A DNA stretch of 64,000 nt from Eledone cirrhosa (taxonomy: Eukaryota). A model generated the notes under the pieces. It made no database searches. It saw only the letters and a program-made list of their open reading frames with translations, and was not told the DNA's origin. Shown here piece by piece: positions 1-14,100 of the stretch (the first letter of the stretch is position 1; each line of letters begins with the position of its first letter). A program made the translations under genes and the position numbers. The stretch spans positions 42,656,001 through 42,720,000 of the forward strand of contig OZ024749.1 of assembly GCA_964016885.1 (NCBI GenBank). The letters are read 5' to 3'.

Positions 1-34
1 TAAGGATGAAAGGCAAAGTTAACCTCGACGCAGC

Positions 35-682
35 AATAATAATGCTTTCTTTATTAACCACAAGGGTTTACATAAAGTAGACATTAAGGACAGTACAGGA
101 CAATACAGGACTGTACAAATGGGCATTTCTGCGTGTAAAAAACAAAAAAAAACACAGAGGATGTAATAATAGAACAATGAAAAATTCCCCAATAGGGGGG
201 AGACTTCGGAGGGCCATCGTGGAGAAAGCCCATAAAAAAAAAAGCCACAGTGACCCTTGCCACCAAGGCAAGTGCCCTCTCCCAGTTTTCCACCTTCAAT
301 TTACAGGCACATACTGAGAGTAGGTCCATTCACTCGGTCCATTCTTGCCTCTCTCACCCATCTTTCAACAAAAAGCTGGGAAGAGAGCACCTCACTCTCT
401 ACCCTGATTTTTCTTTTCAAATGAAATTGGAAAAAGTCAATCAAGGCATCACCGAAGAGGTAAGTGCTCGTCTTCAGCCCTTTCAGACGTTGTCCACCAT
501 ACTATCTCTTTCGCCATGGCCACCAGACAGATAAAAACTGCCTGCCCTTCCCGGCTAAAGGAAGAGGGCGCGGCAATCCTCACGATGGACTCAGCTGATA
601 GTCGGATCCGTTCTACACGCGACAGCAGGTATTCGACATAAACCCACAAGTCAGCAATGCTCGGACACTGGACGAGTGCATA
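35..682 (-). mobile_element. 3' fragment of a Tx1/L1-clade LINE (decayed ORF2 C-terminus + 3' UTR)
   Basis: ALVQCPSIADLWVYVEYLL...LVAMAKEIVWW, then a frameshift, then RLKGL...FHLKRKIRVE...FVERW, resembling the L1/Tx1 region after the CCHC knuckle. Ends in GGTTAATAAAGAAA + (ATT)n and is flanked by AAT repeats. Confidence 0.7.
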
Positions 683-699
683 ATAATAATAATAATAGC

Positions 700-739
<40 letters not shown>

Positions 740-788
740 GTAATAATAATAGTAATAATAGTAATAATAATAATGCTTAATAATGATA

Positions 789-830
<42 letters not shown>

Positions 831-1029
831 GTGATATTAATAATAGTAATGGCGATGATGATGAAGGAGGCATAAAGCCAAAATATTAAGTGAAATTGTA
901 ATACTGTCTGTTTATGTGTAATTCATTTCGATTTGAATGTAGGCCAAAGGGGTGGAGATGTGGAAAATGGTGTTCCTTGTAGACATATACGTATACGTAC
1001 ATACACTACAATATATAGTCATGCATACG

Positions 1030-2690
<1,661 letters not shown>

Positions 2691-2913
2691 ATTGGTCCAG
2701 AATTTCCCAGCGAGTTAGTTAACATATTCTTGGTTCAGTGATCATCAAAGTAAAATGTGTTGTTCTGAAGTTAACATGAATTTCTATACCTTAACTACTT
2801 CAGTACCACTTTAGTGCTTTCTTCTGCTTTAGCAACACACATAAGCCACACACTGATAATACATAAAGCTCGTTCAACACTTCATACAATATAGACGTGT
2901 ACTGCGATGTATG

Positions 2914-3078
2914 CAGAGCCGGATTTATCTTTGAGCTTAGATGCGTTTCAGCACAAGGTCTCGTTGGTCATTGGTGAAGGCATCTTCCTGCAAAATCTTT
3001 TTTTTTTATCGGGCCTACTTCCTTCAGAGCCCTTAACGTAACTAGCATAGGGCATCATTTGTACTAAATCCGACACTG
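2914..3078. mobile_element. Putative MITE with ~14 bp terminal inverted repeats
   Basis: CAGAGCCGGATTTA ... TAAATCCGACACTG imperfect TIRs; no clear TSD. Confidence 0.45.
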
Positions 3079-3094
3079 ACTACGATATAGGAGC

Positions 3095-3385
3095 CATATC
3101 TCTCTCGAATTATTCAATGGGATTAAATTCTGGCGATCAAGAGGTGCCATATATAATGGCGATGAGTCACCGTATTACATATTGGGTGTATCAGAATGAA
3201 TCATCCGATTTTATTTACAATTTTTACAAATGCTCAGTATGTAAACAACTTAATAAAAATGTTATAAAAAAAGAATCAAACCTTGTATTCAAATGTATAT
3301 CGTAAGAGTTACCGCATGATTGTATGGTTAATTGTTTAACAAAAATATAGCCTTTTGAAATATAGCGTTTTCAATACACCCTGTA
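3095..3385 (-). mobile_element. Tc1/mariner relic
   Basis: Minus strand near 3110-3150 gives a decayed W..SPEFNPIE (Tc1 WPxxSPDLNPIE motif). TACAGGGTG terminus at 3377-3385. Confidence 0.4.
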
Positions 3386-3834
3386 TCAGGGTATGAATTG
3401 ACTGGTTCATACCCTGTAGATAGCACTTCGCTGCATGTATTAGAGTTCAAGTGTTGTATTTGATAAGGACTCATCCATTTAGCCCTAGGCTCAGAGAGTA
3501 GAGTATTGTGTACTTCACTATGGAAAGCAGCGGTAGCATAGAGGAATTAACGATTTGATTGTAGTGTTATGATTGAATTAAAGTAAACCAGAGCAATCCA
3601 GTCTTACCTCAGCTACTGACGTCTTTCTTTATGTATTTCAGAGAATGCATAAAGTTCAAAATAAAAGCTTATTCTTAACCCTTTCGTAATTGTTCATAAT
3701 TCTGCTAACCACCAGAATGACTCAACCTGGCTCAATTTAACTCCCCAATATCGGATACCCCCCCCCCCCCTGAATCTCTTGATGTCATATCTGTCCCACC
3801 CCTTGCCTCTCCCAGACTCTTATTATAGATATTT

Positions 3835-4112
3835 ATCCTCCGAATTGAGAGATCACAGCCCCGATACTATGGGCATGTGGTTTGAATAGCTCAAGAAAGA
3901 ATCGCTGGATAGATTTTACGGGCAAAACCAACCGGGAAGAGACCCAGGGGTAGACTCCGAGCAAGATGGTTGGATAACATCAATGGCTGGTCACGCTTGG
4001 AGATCCAGTCGGATCAGTTGCAGACAGTTGCTTCTGACAGGACCCGCTGGAAGGAGTGTTTCAGGACTCTGCCCCCACGACCCCCTCAGGAATAAGTGGG
4101 CGAAGAAGAAGA
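3835..4112 (+). mobile_element. Decayed 3' end of an RTE-type LINE
   Basis: RIERSQPRYYGHVV*IAQERIAG*ILRAKPTGKRPRGRLRARWLDNI...ASDRTRWKECFRTLPPRPPQE*, then a GAA-repeat tail. Confidence 0.8.
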
Positions 4113-4264
4113 TTCCCCACATAATATGTGCAAATTCCATTCCAAAATTGAAAAACAATACCGGCCTATCCCGGTTCATGTTTTATTTCAGGGAAGCTGA
4201 AACTGGGTCTCTCCGACATGTTGACTCTTGAGAATAGTAAACAAAAGTATTATTAACAGTACTG

Positions 4265-4370
4265 TCGAGGTTGACTTTGCCTTTCATCCTTACGGGGTCG
4301 ATAAAATAAAGTACCAGTAATGCACTGGGTAATTTTGCTGGCCTTGTGCCTAAAGTAGAAACAATTATTA
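4265..4370 (+). mobile_element. SINE family 1, 3' half
   Basis: Matches 20366-20468. Confidence 0.85.
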
Positions 4371-4749
4371 ACAGTACTGAAGTAAAATATTATGATGGAA
4401 TTCTCTGAAATTATTTATAGATACTTGGTCATAAAATAGAAATAAATTTCTCGTATGTGTTAATTTCGACAAGCAAGCTGTAAAAGAAATTAATTTCAAT
4501 AACGTTTTTCTTAACACATTCACATTTGAAATACAAATATAATGTAGTTTATTTCCGTTAAGCATAGTAACACTTTCTCGTGGCATACTTTGTGTGTTTG
4601 TCAGTCATTCAGAGACGTAAAGAAGAAAGATCGATAGCTTTCGATAATCGTACATTTTATATTGTTTTCAGAATTTTATATTATTTGTCTCGACTTTTAA
4701 GAAGTGACAGAAGAAATAATTTGATTCTTATATTATACCATTATCTGCA

Positions 4750-5078
4750 TTGGATCTCCGTCGGTTCCGACGACGAGTATTCTATTCAATTTGTTTGATT
4801 AACTTAACGGAACAGCCTGCTCGACAAATTAACTTATAAATGGCTGAGTATTTCCTAGACATGAGTACCTTTAACGTAATTCATAGCGAGATCCAGCGTG
4901 ACATGGTGTTTAACATTGAATCACAGATACAGCTCAATGTCTTCTTTTCAGTTGAGTAGACATAAAGAACGGGAATCAAATTGTCTTGCTCAAGGACAAA
5001 ACATACCACTGGGAATCGAACTAAAGAACGACCGGTCAGGAGCCGAACAACCCAACCACTAAGCCACGCGCCTTCACA
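4750..5078 (-). mobile_element. Older tRNA-derived SINE (family 2), decayed
   Basis: GTCTTGCTCAAGGAC..GGGAATCGAACT..CCACTAAGCCACGCGCCTTCA (reverse-complement B and A boxes). Related pieces near 5400-5527, 28340-28490, 32570-32800, 38850-38990, 45500-45640 and 48925-49050. Confidence 0.65.
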
Positions 5079-6064
5079 TATATTATCTGCGAGGTTTCGC
5101 TATATACAAAACCCTTTATGGTTTGACTATGTGTATCTTACAGCTGCGTTCTTCTTGTTTTGATGCAGTACAACGGCTGAAAGCTCGCTTGATATAGACA
5201 TGAATCCCACCAAGATGGCCTCCTGCCCAAAACTGCGGGTTTTACCTTCCCGAGGCACTCACATGGTCATGATGTTTTTGTGGAAGAACACCCGTCACAC
5301 ATCCATGGAAGACCACCATCGATGTTGACTAGGGCAAAGGTTAAGTTTAAGTTTGATACAGCTTTGCAACAGTGTCATTGCAACTTATTTTTTTAAAAAG
5401 ATGAATTGACTATAGCAACGTGAAATAAAATGTCTTGCTCAAAGACTCAACGAGCTACCCGATTCGTTAATCAACATCACATCAGATCATAAGCCACAAC
5501 ACCCAACCACTAAGCCTCGCGCCTTCTCAAATGTGGGTTAACTACTTCCAATGCTCATATAATAATCCTATTCATCAATTCTATGCATTAAACATACACA
5601 AATTGATGCATTAAGTGTTTTATACATTAAACATACACAATGCTTTCGACAAATTATGGTGTCAAAATGTACTGATCATAGAGTTCGCGTAGATGTAATT
5701 GATTTTATTATACGCAGTTTTTGTAAAGCAGTAGGTCAGCATTTATCGATCAAACCTTTCATTAAACATTCTAATGGTGACCATTTCGTATTTTTAATGA
5801 TATATATTGTAACCTTTCCTTATTAAAGTCAATAGAGTGTGATTTGAGGGAGTTGCTTCTGATAGATATGTATATTTGAAAAAAGAAAGTAAGGTTCTAT
5901 ACAAAAGAGTGGTTATGGGGAAAAGGTGAGATTGGAAATAGCACGGAAAATATATTTAAGGGTCTGTTTTTCTTTTTCTTCCTTTCTTTAATTCGTCAAA
6001 GTGACATTATTGAAAAAATGAGAGGGACAATTCTTTTAAGATATAGTTTTATAATGTATATAAA

Positions 6065-6104
<40 letters not shown>

Positions 6105-6157
6105 CTCTGCATACTGAAGTGTCGGTAAACAACCAACGCATACTCATATATATATAT

Positions 6158-6345
6158 ATAGGAACCAGTAAGATCCCGACGGCTGAGCTCAAGCCGTTTC
6201 GACGGCTAATTCCAGAATTAGCCGTCGAAACGGCTTGAGCTCAGCCGTCGGGGTCTTACTGGTTCCTATTACCCACTCTACTACCCTAAGTATTGAGTAC
6301 TTTGGTGCGTTACGGTCCACCTGGTTCCTTACCACATTTCCTTCG

Positions 6346-6347
<2 letters not shown>
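6158..6347 (+). mobile_element. Palindrome-plus-tail element family A, copy 1
   Basis: ~55 bp arms (6158-6269, one mismatch) plus a ~78 bp tail TACCCACTCTACTACCC...CCTTCGTT; (TA)n on both sides. Confidence 0.85.
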
Positions 6348-6419
<72 letters not shown>

Positions 6420-6804
6420 CAAACCTGAATTCGTTCAATTGTATGTTGTTAAGATTTGTGTATATTAAAGTTATCTAGTGAATATTGTCGTTAATGTACG
6501 TATGTAGAAATATTTACAATTGTTTAATCTAAGTCTAATATATGATGAAGCTAAGTGTCAAAATATATTGTTTCCTTGGAAGAACAAAAGACGACATTAG
6601 TGACACCATATTCTCTTTGAGACTTCAGAGAACCAAGTTAGCCATGCCTAACACATACATCCATCCATCCATCCATCCATCCACACACTCACACACACAC
6701 ACTCTCACACACAAACCTTCCCCCACACACACATATATATATATATATAGACACACATGCATATGTATGTATGTATGTTCGTATATACATATATACATAT
6801 ATAC

Positions 6805-6855
<51 letters not shown>

Positions 6856-6888
6856 CATATACATATACATATATATATATACATATAC

Positions 6889-7027
<139 letters not shown>

Positions 7028-7143
7028 CACACACATGGAGTGTCTCTGTGTGATAGACAGATATATGTCAATGGAGGGAGAGAGAGGAGGGTGAGTAAGA
7101 GACCTACACACTCGCATACAACTCTGTATGTGTTTTTTTTTGC

Positions 7144-7227
<84 letters not shown>

Positions 7228-7509
7228 ACATGGATACAAGAGTAAGAGATTAAAAGAGCCAGATTATGTGTTCGTGTGTGGGATGAGGAAAGAAGACACA
7301 CACACACATATACACATATACACATTCAAGCACACCCATACACACACACACACAGACACAGACACACACACAAGCCCAGGAAAGTTGGAGCAAGTTTTAT
7401 TAATCCAACAGCTTCGGTGATCAAGATAAACGAGATGGTTGTCAATCAATCTAACAGACTTGGTCGGTATTTTGGATGGAGATGAATAAGGAAAATTAAA
7501 ATAACAACC

Positions 7510-7594
<85 letters not shown>

Positions 7595-7613
7595 ACACAC
7601 ACACAGACACACA

Positions 7614-7639
<26 letters not shown>

Positions 7640-7653
<14 letters not shown>

Positions 7654-7938
7654 CATATATGTTCTTACGCACACACATATTCACACTAGCAAATACACAC
7701 ACACATATATATACATATATGTTCTTACGCACACACATATTCACATAAGCAAATACACACACACACATATATATACATATATGTTCTTACGCACACACAT
7801 ATTCACACTAGCAAATACACACACATATATATATATATATATGTTCTTACGCACACACATATTCACACTAGCAAATACACACACACACATATATATACAT
7901 ATATGTTCTTACGCACACACATATTCACACTAGCAAAT

Positions 7939-7960
<22 letters not shown>
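7640..7960. repeat. Minisatellite, ~60 bp x5
   Basis: Unit ..CATATATGTTCTTACGCACACACATATTCACACTAGCAAATAC.. Confidence 0.9.
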
Positions 7961-7979
<19 letters not shown>

Positions 7980-8142
7980 GATGCACATACATATATGACC
8001 TTATGCACACGCATTTTCACATAAACACATATACACGTACATATATACAAGCACAGACACATACAACCATACGACTATGCACAAAAACACAAATACTTTC
8101 TACATTCAAACAATCACAGGCCCTGTCACACACACACACACG

Positions 8143-8297
<155 letters not shown>

Positions 8298-8477
8298 ACA
8301 CACACACACACACACAGATGCACACACACAACCTCAACTAGAAACAAAGCTAAACGGAAAAAAATAAGAAAAAAACAAGAGCAACAACTCAAAATACTAC
8401 AATTACTACTACTACTACTACTACTACTACTAATACTACTATTACCATCACCACCACTTAGACGACGAACACCAGCA

Positions 8478-8522
<45 letters not shown>

Positions 8523-8837
8523 TTACCATCACTTAGACAACGAACACCAGCACTACCACCACCACTACTACTACTACTATTACCACCGCCACTACTACTA
8601 CTACTATTACCATCACCACCACTTAGACAACGAACACCAGCACTACCATTACCACTAATACTACTAATACTACTACTACGACTACAGTTCTATCACCACC
8701 ACTACAATCACCACTACAACCACCACCACGACTACTACTACGACGACGACTTCCATTACCTTAGTACAACCACCACCACTACTACCACTTCTATTACCAC
8801 CACCACCACCACCACCACCACTAATGCTGATGATAAT

Positions 8838-9437
8838 AATTGTTTCTACTTTAGGCACAAGGCCAGCAATTACCCAGTATATTACTGGTACTTTATTGTA
8901 TCGACCTCCGTAAGGATGAAATAATAATAATAATCATAATAATTGTTTCTACTTTAGGCACAAGGCCAGCAATTACCCAGTATATTACTGGTACTTTATT
9001 GTATCGACCTCCGTAAGGATGAAATAATAATAATAATCATAATAATTGTTTCTACTTTAGGCACAAGGCCAGCAATTACCCAGTATATTACTGGTACTTT
9101 ATTGTATCGACCTCCGTAAGGATGAAATAATAATAATAATCATAATAATTGTTTCTACTTTAGGCACAAGGCCAGCAATTACCCAGTATATTACTGGTAC
9201 TTTATTGTATCGACCTCCGTAAGGATGAAATAATAATAATAATCATAATAATTGTTTCTACTTTAGGCACAAGGCCAGCAATTACCCAGTATATTACTGG
9301 TACTTTATTGTATCGACCTCCGTAAGGATGAAATAATAATAATAATAATAATAATAATTGTTTCTACTTTTGGCACAAGGCCAGAAATTACCCAGTATAT
9401 TACTGGTACTTTATTTTATCGACCCCCGTAAGGATGA

Positions 9438-9470
<33 letters not shown>

Positions 9471-9565
9471 TGTTTCTACTTTTGGCACAAGGCCAGAAAT
9501 TACCCAGTATATTACTGGTACTTTATTGTATCGACCTCCGTACGGAAGAAAGGCAAAGTTAATCT
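8838..9565 (-). repeat. Tandem array of 7 SINE family 1 3' halves (103-112 bp period)
   Basis: Units start at 8838, 8941, 9044, 9147, 9250, 9356 and 9468, separated by (AAT)n. Confidence 0.92.
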
Positions 9566-9769
9566 GATGCTGATGATAATAATGATAATAATTCCAGTTA
9601 AATAACATCAATGACTGAGACTCAAAGAACAATAATAAGAATAATATCAATAAAAATAAGATCAAAGTAAAAAAATGAAAGCAAAGGATCATGTCTGACT
9701 CCCACCAACATTCTCTTCCAAATTCATTCTCACATACATATATATATACATACATATATATATACATAC

Positions 9770-9800
<31 letters not shown>

Positions 9801-10175
9801 CATATATATATATACATACATATATATATATACATACATATATATATACATATATATATATAATATATCATTATTTCTGAAGACAGCATATATATATATG
9901 TAGGTATGTATATTCCCTCTGATAGTTTGTATAAATATTTTACATAGATCTATAGAATATGCATACCAACACTAACACATATATATCCTAGAAACGATCG
10001 TAAAATGATGAATTTTTTTAATATAAGGAACTGTTTCTTTGTTTATTCATTACTTTATTAATTTATACATATATATACATATATATATACATATATATAT
10101 ACATATATACATACATATATACATACATATATATATACATATATATATATAGGTATATATACATACATATATATA

Positions 10176-10364
10176 TGGTGGCTGCCAACTCGTTTTCGAG
10201 TACGGCCACTACTTTATATCCATGTAGGAGAACCACTACCGATGCGCTGAACGAGTGTGACTTTTTAGTCCAGCCAGCGACTTGAAAACTCTGGTACAAA
10301 CACTACACTTGTGACAATTACTGACACCTAGTGCTGGGCCCATGGTACCATGTGACGACAAGTG
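10176..10364 (-). mobile_element. 5'-truncated copy of a related RTE LINE (last zinc finger + 3' UTR)
   Basis: Minus strand reads [42 protein letters not shown], matching [23 protein letters not shown] of the intact ORF. Same 3' terminal motif (GTGGCCGTACTCGAAAACGAGTTGGCAGCCAC). Confidence 0.85.
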
Positions 10365-10602
10365 CAGAGAGATCTCCAGATATAAAGCAATGCCTGTGCC
10401 GTGAAGCTTTTATAGTGAGCAGAGGTACTGCACAAAGCCAGTCCCACTCTCTTAACCAAGATGATATTTACCAAAAAGAAGAACAAGTCAACATCATGTT
10501 ATATCAGAGTTTTCCTTCTCCTAGAATTCTGCCTTGACAAAGGCTAAGGGGTCATCTCTCCCGATATATACATACATATATATATTCACATACACACATA
10601 CA

Positions 10603-10652
<50 letters not shown>

Positions 10653-10687
10653 TATATATACATACATATATACATACATACACTCAT

Positions 10688-10740
<53 letters not shown>

Positions 10741-10869
10741 CATATATATATACATATATATATATAGGTATATATACATACATATATACATACATATATA
10801 TATATATAGGTATATACATATATATACATATATATACATATATATAGGTATATATACATACATATATAT

Positions 10870-10910
10870 ATGATGGCTGCCCCCTCGTTATCGAGTATGG
10901 CCATTGCACA

Positions 10911-10998
<88 letters not shown>

Positions 10999-11077
10999 GC
11001 AATAATAATAATAACGACAACAACAATAATAATATACATATTCATATATATATACACACACACGCACGCACATAAGC

Positions 11078-11115
<38 letters not shown>

Positions 11116-14100
11116 GATAGCAACTAACAGTGCTGCGATCGAATGTGGCTTTTTAGCCCAGCCAATGATCCAAAATGTCTTGCACAGAGTCGGCAACCAA
11201 AACATTTACTGGGAATAGTCGGCTGTGGTTGGAGTTCGTGTACTTTTGCATGTCGCTTGAGTCCTCCTGCTGATTTACATTCTCTACCACATGTTTGGCA
11301 AGCATGATGAGTAGCATCTCCAACAGCAGCCTGGTAGTCAACCACTGGTCTTACTTTATGACTGCGAAGATGACTTTCGAGTCCAGCTTTGCTTAGGCAG
11401 AGTCTCGCACAGACGCTGCATGTCAGAAACATAGGAGGACCCTCGCCGTCTGGAAGTGCAACAGCAATACCCTTCCTCACGTCCCGCTTTACTTTCTCGT
11501 GTGCGATTCGAGATGCCTCAAAGGCAACTTTTCCCTCATATACAGTCTTTCTCCATTTATTACGATCAGCAGCAATATTTTCCCATGTATCAGCAGAGAT
11601 GTTAGCGTCTTTCAGAGAGGCCTTCAAGGAATCCTTATACCTCTTTTTTGGTTTATGTGGCGGTCGTTTTCCTTTAACCAACTCTCCATAGAAGAGTTGT
11701 TTTGGTATTCTAGAATCCTTCATCCTGGCAAGGTGACCACTCCAACGGAGTCGCTGCTTAAGCACAAGAGCTTCTATACTGTCACACATAGAGCTTTCCA
11801 AAATCTCGACATCACTGATGTGGTCCCTCCAGTGAACGCCATGTATCCGTCTGAGACACATCTGATGGAAACGCTCCAATTGCTCAAGGTGGCGTCGATA
11901 TGTGACCCAGGTCTCGCAGGCATAAAGAAGACAAGAGAGTACACATGCCCTGTACACCTTTACCTTTGTCCTCCTGCATATGTCTCGCCGACCCCAGAGT
12001 CGCCTTTCTAGCTTTCCGAAAGCATCACTTGCTTTCCTAATCCTAAGTGAGATTTCACTGTCAAGGTTGCCGTATCGATTGACAGTGCTTCCCAGGTAGA
12101 CAAACTGATCAACCACTCCAAGTCGCTTGCCATACACATAGATGTTTGGTTCAGTGTACTGCCTACCAGGTGCAGGCTGGTACATGACGACGGTTTTCTT
12201 GAGACTGACAGTCAAACCCAGGGCAGTGCAAGCGTCAGAAAATACATTCAAAATGTGCTGCATATCACTCTCTGTGTGCGCTACAAGATCGCAATCATCT
12301 GCATACAAGAGGTCTCTTATGACTGATGTAAATACTTTTGTCTTCGCAGCAAAGCGCCTGATGTTAAATATGCTGCCTGAGGTTCGATATCGGATGTAAA
12401 CACCATGCTCGCAATTCCTGAATGCAACACAGAAAACCATTGCAAAGTATATGGCAAACAGGGTCGGTGCTGGAATATCCCCCTGTTTCACTCCATTTTT
12501 TACTGAGATAGGCTCCGACATGCTACCTCCGACATTAACCCAAGCCTTCATGTCGTCATGGAAAGACCTAACTAAAGCAAGGAACTTATCAGGGCAACCA
12601 AGTTTCTGGAGAACCTTCCATAATGCATCTCTGTTGACAGTATCGAAAGCCTTTGTCAGATCGACAAAAACCTGATACAGATCCAAGCCCTGTTCAATGC
12701 ACTTCTCCTGGAGCTGTCTAGCTGAGAAGATCATATCAGTAGTGCCGCGTCCAACACGAAAACCAGATTGACTTTCAGGAAGGACACAATCTGCAATGTG
12801 TGTCAGCAGACGGTCCAGAAGCACCCTACATAAAACTTTCCCCACGACAGAAAGCAATGATATACCTCTGTAGTTCCCACAATCATTCCTGTTACCCTTT
12901 CCCTTGTACAAGACCACCATTACTGCATCTCTCCAGTCCTCAGGCACGGATTCATTAGCCCATATCCTTCCAAACAGAGAGTGAAGATGTTGCAGGAGTC
13001 TCTCACCACCATATTGTAGGAGCTCAGCATGTATGCCATCCATACCTGGAGATCTTCCACTGTTCAGCTTCGAAATAGCCACTGCAACCTCCACAAGTGT
13101 CGGAGGCTCTGCGAGAGCTACTTTCACAGGACTTTCTGGAATGAGATTGAGGAAATCTTCACTGACGACAGACGGCTGATTCAAAAGATCATCAAAGTGC
13201 TCCCGCCACCTTCGTAGAATTCCCTGTGAGTCACGAAGAAGTTCTTTGCCATCCCTGCTGCGAATCGGTGTCACCAGAGAAGAAGACGGTCCATAAACCT
13301 CACGCAAGAGACTGTACAACAGCTTTGTGTTATTGCAATCAGACGCAGTTTGTATCTCACCAGCCTTCTCACTCCACCACTGATCCTTCATCTGAGAAAG
13401 ACTCCGCCTAACACGTGATTTTACATCCCTGAGCTCCTCATGCAACGTATTCCTCTCCTGTGGTCTTGCCGTCAAGTAGCGTGACAGAGCGCGCCTCTTA
13501 TCAGCCAACAAGTCATCTATATGCACATCTTTCTCATTAAACCAGTCCTGATGTTTTCTCTGCACCAATCCCAGAACACGTCTGCCTACATCATAAACCG
13601 ACTTTTTAAGGGTCGGCCAATCCTCACCAAGATCTGCAGCCTGCATCTCTTCTTCCAATGTCCTCTTCACATTTTTATCCTTAAGACGAGCAGCATTCAA
13701 TCTTTTGGGCAGGGTAACACCAGGAGCCCGGATTTTACGTTTGGTGATTAGATTCACTTTTGCGCGTACCAGGCGGTGGTCCGTCCAGCACTCAGCTCCA
13801 CGAAGAACACGAACACACCGCACATCCTGTCTGTCACGCATCCTGACTAGGACGTAGTCCAAAAGATGCCATTCCTTAGATGCAGGATGCATCCATGTGG
13901 TCTTGAATTTGTTCTTTTGTTGGAACATGGTGTTGGTAACACACAGATCCAGCTCCTCACACATCTGCAGCAAGAGCATACCATTGCTGTTACACTTTCC
14001 CACCCCATGCCTTCCGATTACATTCCATGTGTTAAAATCCCTACCCACTCTAGCATTAAAGTCACCAAGCACGATGACTTTGTCTGCCTGAGGGATATTT

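Noticed and set aside
8838-9565. Regularly spaced repeats resembling a CRISPR array
   Set aside because: No unique spacers, no cas genes, eukaryotic SINE-derived.
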